Origin: a virus
Length of the DNA: 64,000 nt
IMG/VR virus record: IMGVR_UViG_3300017766_005733
Span: 67,626-131,625 of that record
Reading direction: 5' to 3' (one strand)
Part shown: piece by piece, positions 52,857 to 61,499 of the stretch
Position numbering within the stretch: position 1 is the stretch's first letter
Layout: each line of letters opens with the position of its first letter
Made by a program: the position numbers and the translations under genes
Notes under the pieces: model-generated
What the model saw: the letters and a program-made list of their open reading frames with translations, nothing else
Told to the model about the DNA's origin: nothing
Database searches by the model: none

Positions 52857-53830
52857 TGAAAGCCGACATGCTTATGGCCAAGACCGACGAGCCGGGGGTC
52901 ATCAACCTCGCCGTCGGCGAACCCGGTTGCCTGCAGGATACCTTCAGCCTCTATGGCCTGTACGAAGGCGTCGGGGATATACCAAAACAGGCATATCCGC
53001 CGCTGGCCGGCACACGGGAACTTCTCGACGAACTCCGGCAGCTGCACCCAAAGGGTGACATCGTGGTAGCCGCCGGCGCCAAGCAGGCCCTGTTGGCCGC
53101 CATCTACGCCTACCGCCAGACCCGTGCCTCCAGCAACAGCGCCATGACCGTCGTTCATCGCCGGCCCTACTGGCCCAGCCACAAGACGCTGGCGGAGTTG
53201 GCGGGCTGTGACTTTGCGAGTGTCGGCGGCTCCATCAACGAGATCCGCGTCAACACGAGCCCCAACAACCCCGACGGCTCCATCGACCATACGCCCTGCG
53301 ACATCTGGGATGCCGCCTACGCCCATTACGTCTACGGCTTCGACGTCGAAGACACGCCACCACACGAGACCGCGGTCTACAGCGCCGCGAAGCTGTTTGG
53401 GGTGTCAGGCGATCGCGTTGGCTGGCTGGTGACCAGCAACTCCGAAGTCGCCAAGGTCGCCGCCGCCTACGTTGAGTCGACGACTAGCGGCGTCTCGATC
53501 TACAGCCAGCAGCGGGTGGCCGACGTCTTGTGGCGCATCCACGATCACCCGGCGGTGGCCGAAGAAGCATACCGTGGCGTCCGGGCGCGGATGAAAGAGA
53601 ACGCCTTGGCTCTTGAAGACGTCTTGGATCAAGTGATCTTTGCCAATCGCGGCATGTTTGCGTGGATCAAGATCGAGGACGACCTCCGCCGCCGATTTGC
53701 CGCCGCCAAGGTCCGCTACCTGCCCGGCGAGGCCTGCGGCAAGCGGGGTTGGGCGCGCATCAACCTTGGCGCCAGTGACTACCTCTTCGATGCCGCCATG
53801 CAGAAGCTGAGGAATGCACGAGGGGCTTGA
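52856..53830 (+). CDS. PLP-dependent aminotransferase, class I/II
   Basis: INLAVGEP, GAKQAL, PYWPSH, SPNNPDG, DAAY, SAAKLFGVSGDRVGW (Schiff-base Lys). Confidence 0.9.
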   Translation: MKADMLMAKTDEPGVINLAVGEPGCLQDTFSLYGLYEGVGDIPKQAYPPLAGTRELLDELRQLHPKGDIVVAAGAKQALLAAIYAYRQTRASSNSAMTVVHRRPYWPSHKTLAELAGCDFASVGGSINEIRVNTSPNNPDGSIDHTPCDIWDAAYAHYVYGFDVEDTPPHETAVYSAAKLFGVSGDRVGWLVTSNSEVAKVAAAYVESTTSGVSIYSQQRVADVLWRIHDHPAVAEEAYRGVRARMKENALALEDVLDQVIFANRGMFAWIKIEDDLRRRFAAAKVRYLPGEACGKRGWARINLGASDYLFDAAMQKLRNARGA

Positions 53831-53855
53831 CAGGCGCCCCGGCCTCCTGTAGGCT
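53827..53855 (+). promoter_or_regulatory. sigma70-type promoter, predicted leaderless
   Basis: TTGACA-N17-TAGGCT-N6-ATG (53862). Confidence 0.7.
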
Positions 53856-53861
53856 GGGGAC

Positions 53862-54110
53862 ATGAACACCACCAAGACCCTCGCAATCACCAACTTCATC
53901 AGCGGCATCACCGCCGAGGCCGTGCGTCGCCTCCACGACGGCGCCATTGCCCTCATCATCAAGCGCCCCGCCGGCAACGGCATGGTCGACATCCATCAGG
54001 TGCCGTTCATGGACGCCGACAAGGGCATGAAGGCCTACTACGACGTCGTCAACTCCATCCGCAAGATGGAAGACGAGTTGATGCTTGGCAAGCGCCCGGA
54101 GGTTGTGTGA
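53862..54110 (+). CDS. Hypothetical protein
   Basis: ORF directly after the promoter. Confidence 0.7.
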   Translation: MNTTKTLAITNFISGITAEAVRRLHDGAIALIIKRPAGNGMVDIHQVPFMDADKGMKAYYDVVNSIRKMEDELMLGKRPEVV

Positions 54111-54355
54111 AGAGAATCGGACACTGTTTCATCGACAGCCGCGACGGCAGTCGCCGCAGCGAATACGAGATCCTTCGTGGCATCCACGGCGGGCTCTTCA
54201 TCCGCTACATCGGCTACCGTCAAGGCGATCTGATGGTGGGGTTGCCGCTCGCCGGCCCCCAATCCGCCCACATGCAGGTGCTGTTGCCCTTTGAAGAGCA
54301 CCGCGCCCTGCTGTCTGACGTCAAGTTCTTTGAGGAAGCCAAGGAGAGCCAGTGA
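54107..54355 (+). CDS. Hypothetical protein
   Basis: GGAGG SD, GTGA overlap. Confidence 0.65.
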   Translation: MKRIGHCFIDSRDGSRRSEYEILRGIHGGLFIRYIGYRQGDLMVGLPLAGPQSAHMQVLLPFEEHRALLSDVKFFEEAKESQ

Positions 54356-54819
54356 CAGAAGCCCAGATCGACACCTTCAAGATCATCAAGGACGAGATCA
54401 ACCTGCAGTCGGTGATCGACATCGTCCGTCGCCACCCCGACGGCATCACCCAGCGACAGGTGTTTGAGGCCATCCACCGCGGCCAGCAGCTGACGGCGAC
54501 CGAGATCGGCGCCCTCTACCAGCTGGTGTCGCGCAACCTCTCGACGGCCGCCAAAGAGGGGCTGCTCGATGACAGCCAGAGCCTGCGCATTGGCCGTGGC
54601 CGCCGCACCCTCTACCGCGTCCCCGAGCAGCCCCTGCCGCCGCGGAAGACGAAGACGCAGAAGCTGCGGGAGGAGAACCTGCAGCTGCGCCTGACAATCC
54701 AGCAAATGGAAGAAGAACACGCCCGGCATCTGCTGGCCATCAAGGCCACGGCAGTCGAGATGGAATCTCTCTGCCATTCGCTTTCCGCCATCAACTTCAA
54801 CGCCGCCTACGACGGATGA
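54352..54819 (+). CDS. Probable winged-helix DNA-binding protein with coiled coil
   Basis: HPDGITQRQV...VSRNLSTAAKEGLL...GRRTLYRV. Confidence 0.65.
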   Translation: MTEAQIDTFKIIKDEINLQSVIDIVRRHPDGITQRQVFEAIHRGQQLTATEIGALYQLVSRNLSTAAKEGLLDDSQSLRIGRGRRTLYRVPEQPLPPRKTKTQKLREENLQLRLTIQQMEEEHARHLLAIKATAVEMESLCHSLSAINFNAAYDG

Positions 54820-55016
54820 GGCCCGCCATGTTCTTTGACCCCGAGGTCTTTGAGATCCTTCGCCCCTTCACCTTCACCGACGCCGTCATGGGCAGCTGCC
54901 GCGAACTGACGCGCATGGCTGAAGACCTTGGCGCCGATGCCGATGAAGCCCTTAGCGACGCCATCGTGAATGGCGCCGCGGCCGTCGTCTGCCCGGATGA
55001 CGTCTGCCCGGCGTGA
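54816..55016 (+). CDS. Hypothetical protein
   Basis: ATGA-coupled ORF. Confidence 0.55.
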   Translation: MRPAMFFDPEVFEILRPFTFTDAVMGSCRELTRMAEDLGADADEALSDAIVNGAAAVVCPDDVCPA

Positions 55017-55023
55017 GTTGCAC

Positions 55024-55064
55024 AAAAGGCGGCAGTTGCACACAACAGGCAACTGCCGCCTTTT
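55024..55064. terminator. Bidirectional terminator-like inverted repeat
   Basis: AAAAGGCGGCAGTTGC-N9-GCAACTGCCGCCTTTT, a perfect 16-bp stem. Confidence 0.8.
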
Positions 55065-55078
55065 ACTCAACTTGCCTC

Positions 55079-55108
55079 TTGACAGCCGCCAGCCGCATGC
55101 CCTAGTAT
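55079..55108 (+). promoter_or_regulatory. sigma70-type promoter (leadered)
   Basis: TTGACA-N18-TAGTAT, then AAGGAG SD. Confidence 0.65.
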
Positions 55109-55129
55109 GGCGGCAAGGAGACCGAACAC

Positions 55130-55552
55130 ATGAACAAGATCACCACCTGCCTGCCCCTCAAGGACAACGATGGCAACAGCGTCATCGACGCCGTCAACAC
55201 CGTCACCGACACCTTCTCCTCCATCGCCCAGCAGCTGACGGGGCTGCCGGGCAACGGCCTGTGGAAGAACGACGCCGGCCAGCTGTTCAGCGACCCGGTG
55301 CTGGTGCTGACGGCCGTGCTGCCGGAGACCGCCGACATCCACACCGCCCGCGGCCTCGCTGAGGCGGCGCTGCTCCGCTACAAGGCTGAGGCCTCGCAGG
55401 AGTCGGTGGTGATGGCCATCAACGACGACGGCACCCCCGGCTCCGTTGACGACCTGCTGGCGGCCCATGGCGGCTGCACCCAGCTGACCATGGACGAAGA
55501 AGGCAACGAGATCGATCGCGCCTTCTCCTTCAACAACCCCATCTTCCTCTAG
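55130..55552 (+). CDS. Hypothetical protein (PII-like or ferredoxin-fold pattern)
   Basis: LPLKDNDG...G.W...QESV pattern; SD present. Confidence 0.7.
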   Translation: MNKITTCLPLKDNDGNSVIDAVNTVTDTFSSIAQQLTGLPGNGLWKNDAGQLFSDPVLVLTAVLPETADIHTARGLAEAALLRYKAEASQESVVMAINDDGTPGSVDDLLAAHGGCTQLTMDEEGNEIDRAFSFNNPIFL

Positions 55553-57534
55553 TCCTCGGGCATATCGACGTTCACACCGTCGTAGACTCGGAAGCCAACG
55601 GCGTCGGCGTTGTCCGGCGCCTTGTCTTTGGGGGGTTCGTGCTGAGTACCACCGCTGGCCACATAGCGATCGCTTCCCATACCAAACTTCCGAATCGGTC
55701 GGTCGTCGTCCAAGACGACCTCTGGCGTCTCAACCATGTAGACATTGTCTCCGGTCTCATCGATGTCTGACGCCAAACTGATGCCATTCGACAGCTGGAG
55801 TTCAGTGGTAAAGGACCGGAATCCGACGCCCTGAATGGCGCCAGAGTGAATGATCTGCTCGATGTGATAGAGGCCGCCGTCGTACTCCACGTTGTCGCCG
55901 ACGCAGATAGGCTCCTGAACACCGGCGAGGCGCAGGGTGCCGCTGAAGCGCAGGTGCTGGGTCGTGATGAAATCAGCCATGAGTCGAGTCCAGTAGCCGG
56001 CGGGGGCGTGGCTGATCTTGTCGAAGTTGACGACGTTCATGTTGGTGTTCAGGGACGCCGTGTACATGCTCAGGCCGTTGCGTTCGATGTCTTTTGAGTC
56101 GACAAAAGGCGGCGCAAGGACGTAGAGGGCGTTGTCGTTCTGGAAAGACGAGGACGACGCCAAGGTAATGTCGTGGGCCGGCAAATGAATGTAGTTGAAG
56201 CGCATACCATCGCTCGTGCCAAGATCCTCCGACTCCACGAGCGCCGGCGACACCACCCACCGAGGTAGATCAGTGAATGTCGTTTGCTCGCTCTTGATCT
56301 TGTTGGGACCGACTTCGGTCGAGTAGTTCACCTTGTCCATCAAGCGGCTACTGAACGGCACCTGCCGCGCCACGATCGTGGGACGCACATAGCCGTCGAC
56401 GCCAACGTGCAGAGTCGTGTACATCTCATTGATCGGCGCATTCAGGTAGGTACGCAGAATGTTCCAGACCGTCGTCTGATTGAAGTCAAGGGTCTGCGAG
56501 ACATACAGTCCTTCCAAAAAGTTGTCGGAATCGAGTTCTGGTATCATACCTGATAGATCAAAACCATCAGCCTCCCGCTCTTCGCCGCGACGGCGCACGA
56601 GCGAGTTGTTGCTGTAACGCTGTAAGCCAACGAAGGCATGGGAGATGTCCACGAAGTTGTAGCCCACGTTCTGGCGATTGCCCTTGAGGACGGCACCGAC
56701 GGTCGTGGGTACGGCGATGCGCACGCCGCCCGTGGGGCTGGCGGTAGCGATCTGGTTTTCGCCCGGCGACTGCGGCACGAGGCCGAACTTCCACTTCTCA
56801 CCGGCGCCACGGCCGAGGCAGATGTTCAACAGCGCCGCCACGGCCTTGCCGGCGGGAATCGCGCCCTGAGATCCCGCCAAGACGAAGTCATTGAAGCCCG
56901 AGAAGTCGAGTTGGAACTGCAGGTTGTTTTCACCGTAGGCGCCGCGGAAGGCGGGGTTGAAGTGAACCTGATAGTTGACTTCTTTGAAGGACATGGCTGT
57001 GATCGAGTACGTCGAAGAGACAACACCCGAGTCACCGCGGCGGCGGCGGAAGCGACGCACGGAGTTGATGCGGCCAACGAACTTGAGGCCATCCTTGAAG
57101 CCGTTGCAGGCGTTCTTGTCGAGGGCAGCGAGGGCCTCGGTCGAGCCCTTGACCTGACGCAGGATATTGCGAATACGCAGGTAATCCTCGCGGTTTTCAA
57201 AGGCCCAGAAAAGGATCCAATCGCCGCCCACCATCTTCATGCGCCAATCGACGCCGGTGTTGACCAGAGACAGAGCCAGCGTCCCCTGTGGATTGGCTTT
57301 GCTGTGCGACACCGACCACTGCACTACCTCGTGCTCCAGCAGGATCTTTTCGCCCTCCTTCATGCCGTCGATGTCGTAGAACGAGATGTCTTGCCTGTAG
57401 GTGCTATCCTGATTCAGGATGCGCTGCCGGTCGGCTGTAACCCGGTAGTAGAAGGGCACAACCAGCCCCAGCCAGTAGGGGGCGACTTGGTGGCTGTCAC
57501 CGGAGTTGGGCTCAAGGACGTAGCGAAAGGCCAT
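55549..57534 (-). CDS. Baseplate hub protein (gp27/gpD-like)
   Basis: WSVSHSKANPQGTLALSL, DIERNGL, FSGTLRLAG..PICVGDNV...YHIEQIIH, FTTELQLSNG. Confidence 0.78.
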   Translation of the reverse strand: MAFRYVLEPNSGDSHQVAPYWLGLVVPFYYRVTADRQRILNQDSTYRQDISFYDIDGMKEGEKILLEHEVVQWSVSHSKANPQGTLALSLVNTGVDWRMKMVGGDWILFWAFENREDYLRIRNILRQVKGSTEALAALDKNACNGFKDGLKFVGRINSVRRFRRRRGDSGVVSSTYSITAMSFKEVNYQVHFNPAFRGAYGENNLQFQLDFSGFNDFVLAGSQGAIPAGKAVAALLNICLGRGAGEKWKFGLVPQSPGENQIATASPTGGVRIAVPTTVGAVLKGNRQNVGYNFVDISHAFVGLQRYSNNSLVRRRGEEREADGFDLSGMIPELDSDNFLEGLYVSQTLDFNQTTVWNILRTYLNAPINEMYTTLHVGVDGYVRPTIVARQVPFSSRLMDKVNYSTEVGPNKIKSEQTTFTDLPRWVVSPALVESEDLGTSDGMRFNYIHLPAHDITLASSSSFQNDNALYVLAPPFVDSKDIERNGLSMYTASLNTNMNVVNFDKISHAPAGYWTRLMADFITTQHLRFSGTLRLAGVQEPICVGDNVEYDGGLYHIEQIIHSGAIQGVGFRSFTTELQLSNGISLASDIDETGDNVYMVETPEVVLDDDRPIRKFGMGSDRYVASGGTQHEPPKDKAPDNADAVGFRVYDGVNVDMPED

Positions 57535-57627
57535 GGTGGGACTCGTGGTGGGGCGGGTTGTCGCTTGTTTTGCCCCTTGACACCAATAGCCGGGGCCGTG
57601 TAGAAGATTGCAGGCCGCGGATTACCC

Positions 57628-58047
57628 ATGGCCACGCCGAGGAGTATCATGACGAACACGAAGCCCGACATCGACGACATCTGGTTCACGCAGCATTGCC
57701 AAGAGCGACTTCGCAGCCGCTACCCGCGAGCCGGTATCCGCGGCGCCCAGTCCATCTACGAAGAGGGGCTGGCACTGAGCGCCGAGCAGGCCCACACCCT
57801 GATGATCCGGCACCCGGCGTCCATGGAGGGGCGGCAGATCAAGTACGTCATCGACGCCGGCCTCACAGGTGTCTTTGTGCTCGTGGCCAAGTACGGGGAA
57901 CTGGAGGGGATGCTGCCCTACAGCGCCGTCACCTTCAAGCGCCTGACCGTTGACCAGAGCCAGCTGGCGAGCCAGATTCTGGGCGTGGAGCCGCGGCAGC
58001 CGCGGGTCAGCCGATCCCACCGAGGCCACGAACAGCACGTCGCCTGA
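57628..58047 (+). CDS. Hypothetical protein (FTQHCQER motif, RelE/colicin-D-like RNase pattern)
   Basis: IWFTQHCQERLRSR...AVTF; promoter-like TTGACA at about 57577. Confidence 0.6.
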   Translation: MATPRSIMTNTKPDIDDIWFTQHCQERLRSRYPRAGIRGAQSIYEEGLALSAEQAHTLMIRHPASMEGRQIKYVIDAGLTGVFVLVAKYGELEGMLPYSAVTFKRLTVDQSQLASQILGVEPRQPRVSRSHRGHEQHVA

Positions 58048-58057
58048 GGAGAAGCCC

Positions 58058-58567
58058 ATGCCCCAACCGCGTCGCCGACGTCGTCGCAAGAGCGAAGACA
58101 CCTACCACCTGATCGTCACCAAGAAGCAGGCGCAGGTCATCCAACAGGCCTGTGAGGTGGTGATGCGGTTGGGGCTGGGTCAGCTGGACTACATCACCGA
58201 CCACATTTACCATCTGCCGCGGCTGAAGACGCCCAAGCAGCCACACGACGAGAAGCAGATGCAGGAGTGGTACGCCGCCACCCGTCGCGTCCGCGACCTG
58301 CTGGATGCCGTAACCTTTGCCGCCAGTGGATGGCAACACGGAGCCAGCTACGGCATCGGCAGCCCAGAGTTGCCGCCCAGCGTCGGCATCGCCACCGACA
58401 TCCGCGACGTCATCCGCCACCGACTCGCCCATGACCAGTTGGCGCCGGGGGAGAAGCGCGGCTGGACGGTCGATTTCAACGAGCCCATGAAATGGGGCAG
58501 CGAGCCACTGATCGACATCCGCAGACCCAAGAAAAGGAAGAAAAGTGAAGAAGCAAAGCCATCGTGA
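58058..58567 (+). CDS. Hypothetical phage protein
   Basis: GAGGAG SD, ATG 58058. Confidence 0.7.
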   Translation: MPQPRRRRRRKSEDTYHLIVTKKQAQVIQQACEVVMRLGLGQLDYITDHIYHLPRLKTPKQPHDEKQMQEWYAATRRVRDLLDAVTFAASGWQHGASYGIGSPELPPSVGIATDIRDVIRHRLAHDQLAPGEKRGWTVDFNEPMKWGSEPLIDIRRPKKRKKSEEAKPS

Positions 58568-58766
58568 AAAGTGTCTTGAGGCCGCCCACGCCATCCGCTC
58601 CAAGCGTTATCCGGGGGTGCTGGACTTTGAGACCCTTGAGGGGATGACGACGGCCCGCATCGTCGCCGCCCTCCTCGGCGTCATCGAGAAGCAGGGCATC
58701 GAGATCCGGCGCCTGCAGCGTCAGGTGACGTCGCTGGAGAACCGCAAGAAGGCCAAGAAGACATGA
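58545..58766 (+). CDS. Hypothetical protein
   Basis: Coupled ORF. Confidence 0.6.
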   Translation: MKKQSHREKCLEAAHAIRSKRYPGVLDFETLEGMTTARIVAALLGVIEKQGIEIRRLQRQVTSLENRKKAKKT

Positions 58767-59080
58767 GCGACCCCTACATCGTAAAACTCACCCACACGCG
58801 CGTGGCTGCTGACCTCCGCGGCATTTCGCCGCAGGCCCTGCAGACCTACTTGAAGGCCAAGGGCTGGGGGCTTGTCGAGGGCTCCAGCAGTGCCTTCAAC
58901 GTCTGGGCCAAGGACCAGTTTGAGGTCATGGTGCCGCTGCGGTCGAGTCATTCTGACTACTACCGTCGCATCCACGAGGCGCTGCAGAGGGCCGCTGAGG
59001 CCATGGACTTGACCGCCGGACATGTCTACTTTGATGTGCTGCTGCAGGCCTCGGAGAGCGACAAGGAGACTGAGTCATGA
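58763..59080 (+). CDS. Hypothetical protein, HicA-like fold pattern
   Basis: LQTYLKAKGW...VMVP; lacks the GSH motif. Confidence 0.6.
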   Translation: MSDPYIVKLTHTRVAADLRGISPQALQTYLKAKGWGLVEGSSSAFNVWAKDQFEVMVPLRSSHSDYYRRIHEALQRAAEAMDLTAGHVYFDVLLQASESDKETES

Positions 59081-59445
59081 GCAGGTATTTGTGGGAGGTC
59101 ATGGACACGATGATGGACGTCGACTTGCCGAACGGCGTTTGGGCGGCTGCCGCGCCGCTGCGTAAGGCGCAGAAGAAGGCCGTGGATCGAGAAACCGTGG
59201 CGTTGATCACCTACGTCGCGGCCAAGGCGGCAAGCGAGGCCGGGCTCGATCGTACGGCGTTCCTTGACCTCTGCAACGACGAGTACAGCAAGGCCAAGCC
59301 CAAGCCGCCGTCCGAGGAAAAGACCTTCAGCGAAGCCGACTTCGTCAAGGCCATGAGCGGCATGGCGGCGCCGGCGGTCATCAAGGCCGTTTGGGCGCGG
59401 ATGCAGCAGCAGCAGGACAAAGAGACCAAGGGAGCAGACAAGTGA
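59077..59445 (+). CDS. Hypothetical protein
   Basis: AAGGAG SD, ATGA overlap. Confidence 0.7.
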   Translation: MSRYLWEVMDTMMDVDLPNGVWAAAAPLRKAQKKAVDRETVALITYVAAKAASEAGLDRTAFLDLCNDEYSKAKPKPPSEEKTFSEADFVKAMSGMAAPAVIKAVWARMQQQQDKETKGADK

Positions 59446-59732
59446 CGCACCCCGTCGACACCGAGGCGCCGTTGGATAGGACGCCGGCGCTGGAGGCCGT
59501 GGCTGAAGACCACGCCCGAGCCCTGCGCCTCTGCCCTCCGGGGCTACTGGAGGCCTACAGCGCCTCGGTGTCGCCGCTTTCTGATGCCGTGCGGTCGATG
59601 ACCGACATCTACCTGCGGCACCAAGAGGCATCCATCAACAAGGAGCGCCGCCACGCCGAAGAGAAGCAGTTGCTGCGGGATGAGATCGAAAAACTGCGGA
59701 AGATGCTTGACGAAGCCAACGCAACCAGATAG
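59442..59732 (+). CDS. Hypothetical protein
   Basis: GGAG SD, GTGA overlap. Confidence 0.6.
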   Translation: MTHPVDTEAPLDRTPALEAVAEDHARALRLCPPGLLEAYSASVSPLSDAVRSMTDIYLRHQEASINKERRHAEEKQLLRDEIEKLRKMLDEANATR

Positions 59733-59735
59733 AGT
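59707..59735 (+). promoter_or_regulatory. sigma70-type promoter, predicted leaderless
   Basis: TTGACG-N17-TAGAGT-N6-ATG (59742). Confidence 0.68.
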
Positions 59736-59741
59736 AGGCGC

Positions 59742-60152
59742 ATGAACAACACCACCGCCAAGAAAGTCGCCGTCACCATCGTCACCAAGGGCATGTTCGG
59801 CATCCGCGTCACCGAGGCGTGGCTTCTCGACCACGGCACGCGCAAGTGGGCGCAGTACGACCGCGCGCCCTTCGTCAACTTCATCCCCAAGGGCAAGCGC
59901 AAGGCCGTCACCTTCCTTGAAGGCTATAACCCCTACATCGTGATCCTCGCCGGCCACAACCTCGACCTGCAGAAGGCGGTTGACGACCAGTTCGTCACCA
60001 GCGCCGGCTCCACGCCCGGCGTCACCATCACCTCCAGCCGCTACCTGTCCTGCGACCCCCGCTACTCGACGGACTTCAACGCCGTCTTGGCGGCGCGCAG
60101 CGACCTGACGGTCATCGCCGACTACCGCCAAGAGAAGCGGCTGGCGGCCTGA
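59742..60152 (+). CDS. Hypothetical protein
   Basis: Strong codon bias; followed by hairpin CGGCAGCCGCTTG...CAAGCGGCTGCCG. Confidence 0.75.
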   Translation: MNNTTAKKVAVTIVTKGMFGIRVTEAWLLDHGTRKWAQYDRAPFVNFIPKGKRKAVTFLEGYNPYIVILAGHNLDLQKAVDDQFVTSAGSTPGVTITSSRYLSCDPRYSTDFNAVLAARSDLTVIADYRQEKRLAA

Positions 60153-60221
60153 ATCCCAAACGGCAGCCGCTTGATGAGGCGGCAAGCGGCTGCCGGTTCC
60201 CTGTCACACCGCCCATAGGAA

Positions 60222-60449
60222 ATGACCATGAAGAAGATGAAGTTTGTCGTCGGCCTCGCTCTCGCTGCACTTCTGGGCCTTGGTGGCTTCGCCGTCGCCA
60301 AGAAGCTGAATGCCGTTGACGCGGAGAAGAAGGAAGAGGCGCCGGCGGCTGAGGCCGCGGACGCTGGTGCCGAGGCTGCGCCGGCGGGTGAGGGTGAGGG
60401 CGAGCCGAAGTCGCTTGAGGCGCCGGCGGCTGCGCCTGCACAGAACTGA
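60222..60449 (+). CDS. Small exported or membrane-anchored acidic protein
   Basis: Signal-like N-terminus, Ala/Glu/Pro-rich tail. Confidence 0.7.
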   Translation: MTMKKMKFVVGLALAALLGLGGFAVAKKLNAVDAEKKEEAPAAEAADAGAEAAPAGEGEGEPKSLEAPAAAPAQN

Positions 60450-60470
60450 AGTCTGGCTTCAGTTTCGTGC

Positions 60471-60503
60471 AGCAGGGCGCCGCTTGTCGGCGCTCTGCTT
60501 TTT
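60471..60503 (+). terminator. Rho-independent terminator
   Basis: AGCAGGGCGCCG-CTTGT-CGGCGCTCTGCT followed by TTTT. Confidence 0.75.
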
Positions 60504-60505
60504 GA

Positions 60506-60534
60506 TTGACCATTGGCCGCCAACGACATAGGAT
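60506..60534 (+). promoter_or_regulatory. sigma70-type promoter, predicted leaderless
   Basis: TTGACC-N17-TAGGAT-N6-ATG (60541). Confidence 0.68.
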
Positions 60535-60540
60535 CTCGCC

Positions 60541-60927
60541 ATGGCCCCCTTATTCCACAGCCACCCCAAGCCCCTGACGCAGCACCAGTATCGAGTCTGG
60601 CGCCGCATCATCGACAGCCTCGCCGGCATCCCGTGTCTGCTCATCGAAAGCAGCATCGGCGGCAACGACCGCCTCTACGTCAGTGTGGCCGTGGGCCAAG
60701 ACGCCGTCCACGCCCCCGACTTCGACGACAACGAGGGCCTGCAGTCGCGCACCGGCGTCTACCTCTTCTGGGTCGGGCCGCGGGGCGCCATCGAAAGCAA
60801 CCGCTGGGGCTTCCTGATGGATGACGCCATGGGCCTGAAGGCCGAGGAATACTTCGCCGCCTGCCTCGACGACATCGTGCAGGTGGCCACTGAACTCCAC
60901 GAACAGCTGAAGGAGATCGCACATTGA
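60541..60927 (+). CDS. Hypothetical protein
   Basis: ORF directly after the promoter. Confidence 0.7.
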   Translation: MAPLFHSHPKPLTQHQYRVWRRIIDSLAGIPCLLIESSIGGNDRLYVSVAVGQDAVHAPDFDDNEGLQSRTGVYLFWVGPRGAIESNRWGFLMDDAMGLKAEEYFAACLDDIVQVATELHEQLKEIAH

Positions 60928-61229
60928 CAAAGGCAGCCAGTATCTGGACCGAGGCCTACGAGTCGGCACGGGTCGTCATGCCCATTGAGCGGGCGCTGGA
61001 GCGCGCTGACGCCGTGCTGCTGTATCGCATGGACATCGGACTCGACTTCACGGAGACCAGCGGTCGCCTGACGGTGAAGGTGACGCTGCCGGGCGACCGC
61101 TTCGTCTCTCGATCCTGCGTCGGCTACATGACGCCCACTATTCGCGTTCGCCTCACCAAAGCCATCCTTGGGCTCTTGACGCCGGCGGTACTGGAGGCCG
61201 GCGCCATTCCCGTGGACCTCAACGACTAG
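60924..61229 (+). CDS. Hypothetical protein
   Basis: AAGGAG SD, TTGA overlap. Confidence 0.65.
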   Translation: MTKAASIWTEAYESARVVMPIERALERADAVLLYRMDIGLDFTETSGRLTVKVTLPGDRFVSRSCVGYMTPTIRVRLTKAILGLLTPAVLEAGAIPVDLND

Positions 61230-61236
61230 GACCAAG

Positions 61237-61455
61237 ATGCCATTCAAAAGCGCCGTCTCCATCAACAAGCAGATCATGGCGCAGGTTGTAGTACGGGCCG
61301 ACGACCCGCGCCGGGATCTGCTGGCGGAGATCGTCGATCTCGCGAGTTCGCCGACCTTCAGCGTCACCGACCTCACTCACGTTCTCGGCTACCTGCTCGC
61401 CCTCAGCGAGGGCGTCTCGGAAAGAGACGTTCAGGTGTCTGTGAAGATGACTTGA
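61237..61455 (+). CDS. Hypothetical protein
   Basis: AGGA SD. Confidence 0.6.
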   Translation: MPFKSAVSINKQIMAQVVVRADDPRRDLLAEIVDLASSPTFSVTDLTHVLGYLLALSEGVSERDVQVSVKMT

Positions 61456-61499
61456 TGGTCGGCATCCCCGGCGGCTGGTAGCACAAGGAGATTTGCGAG

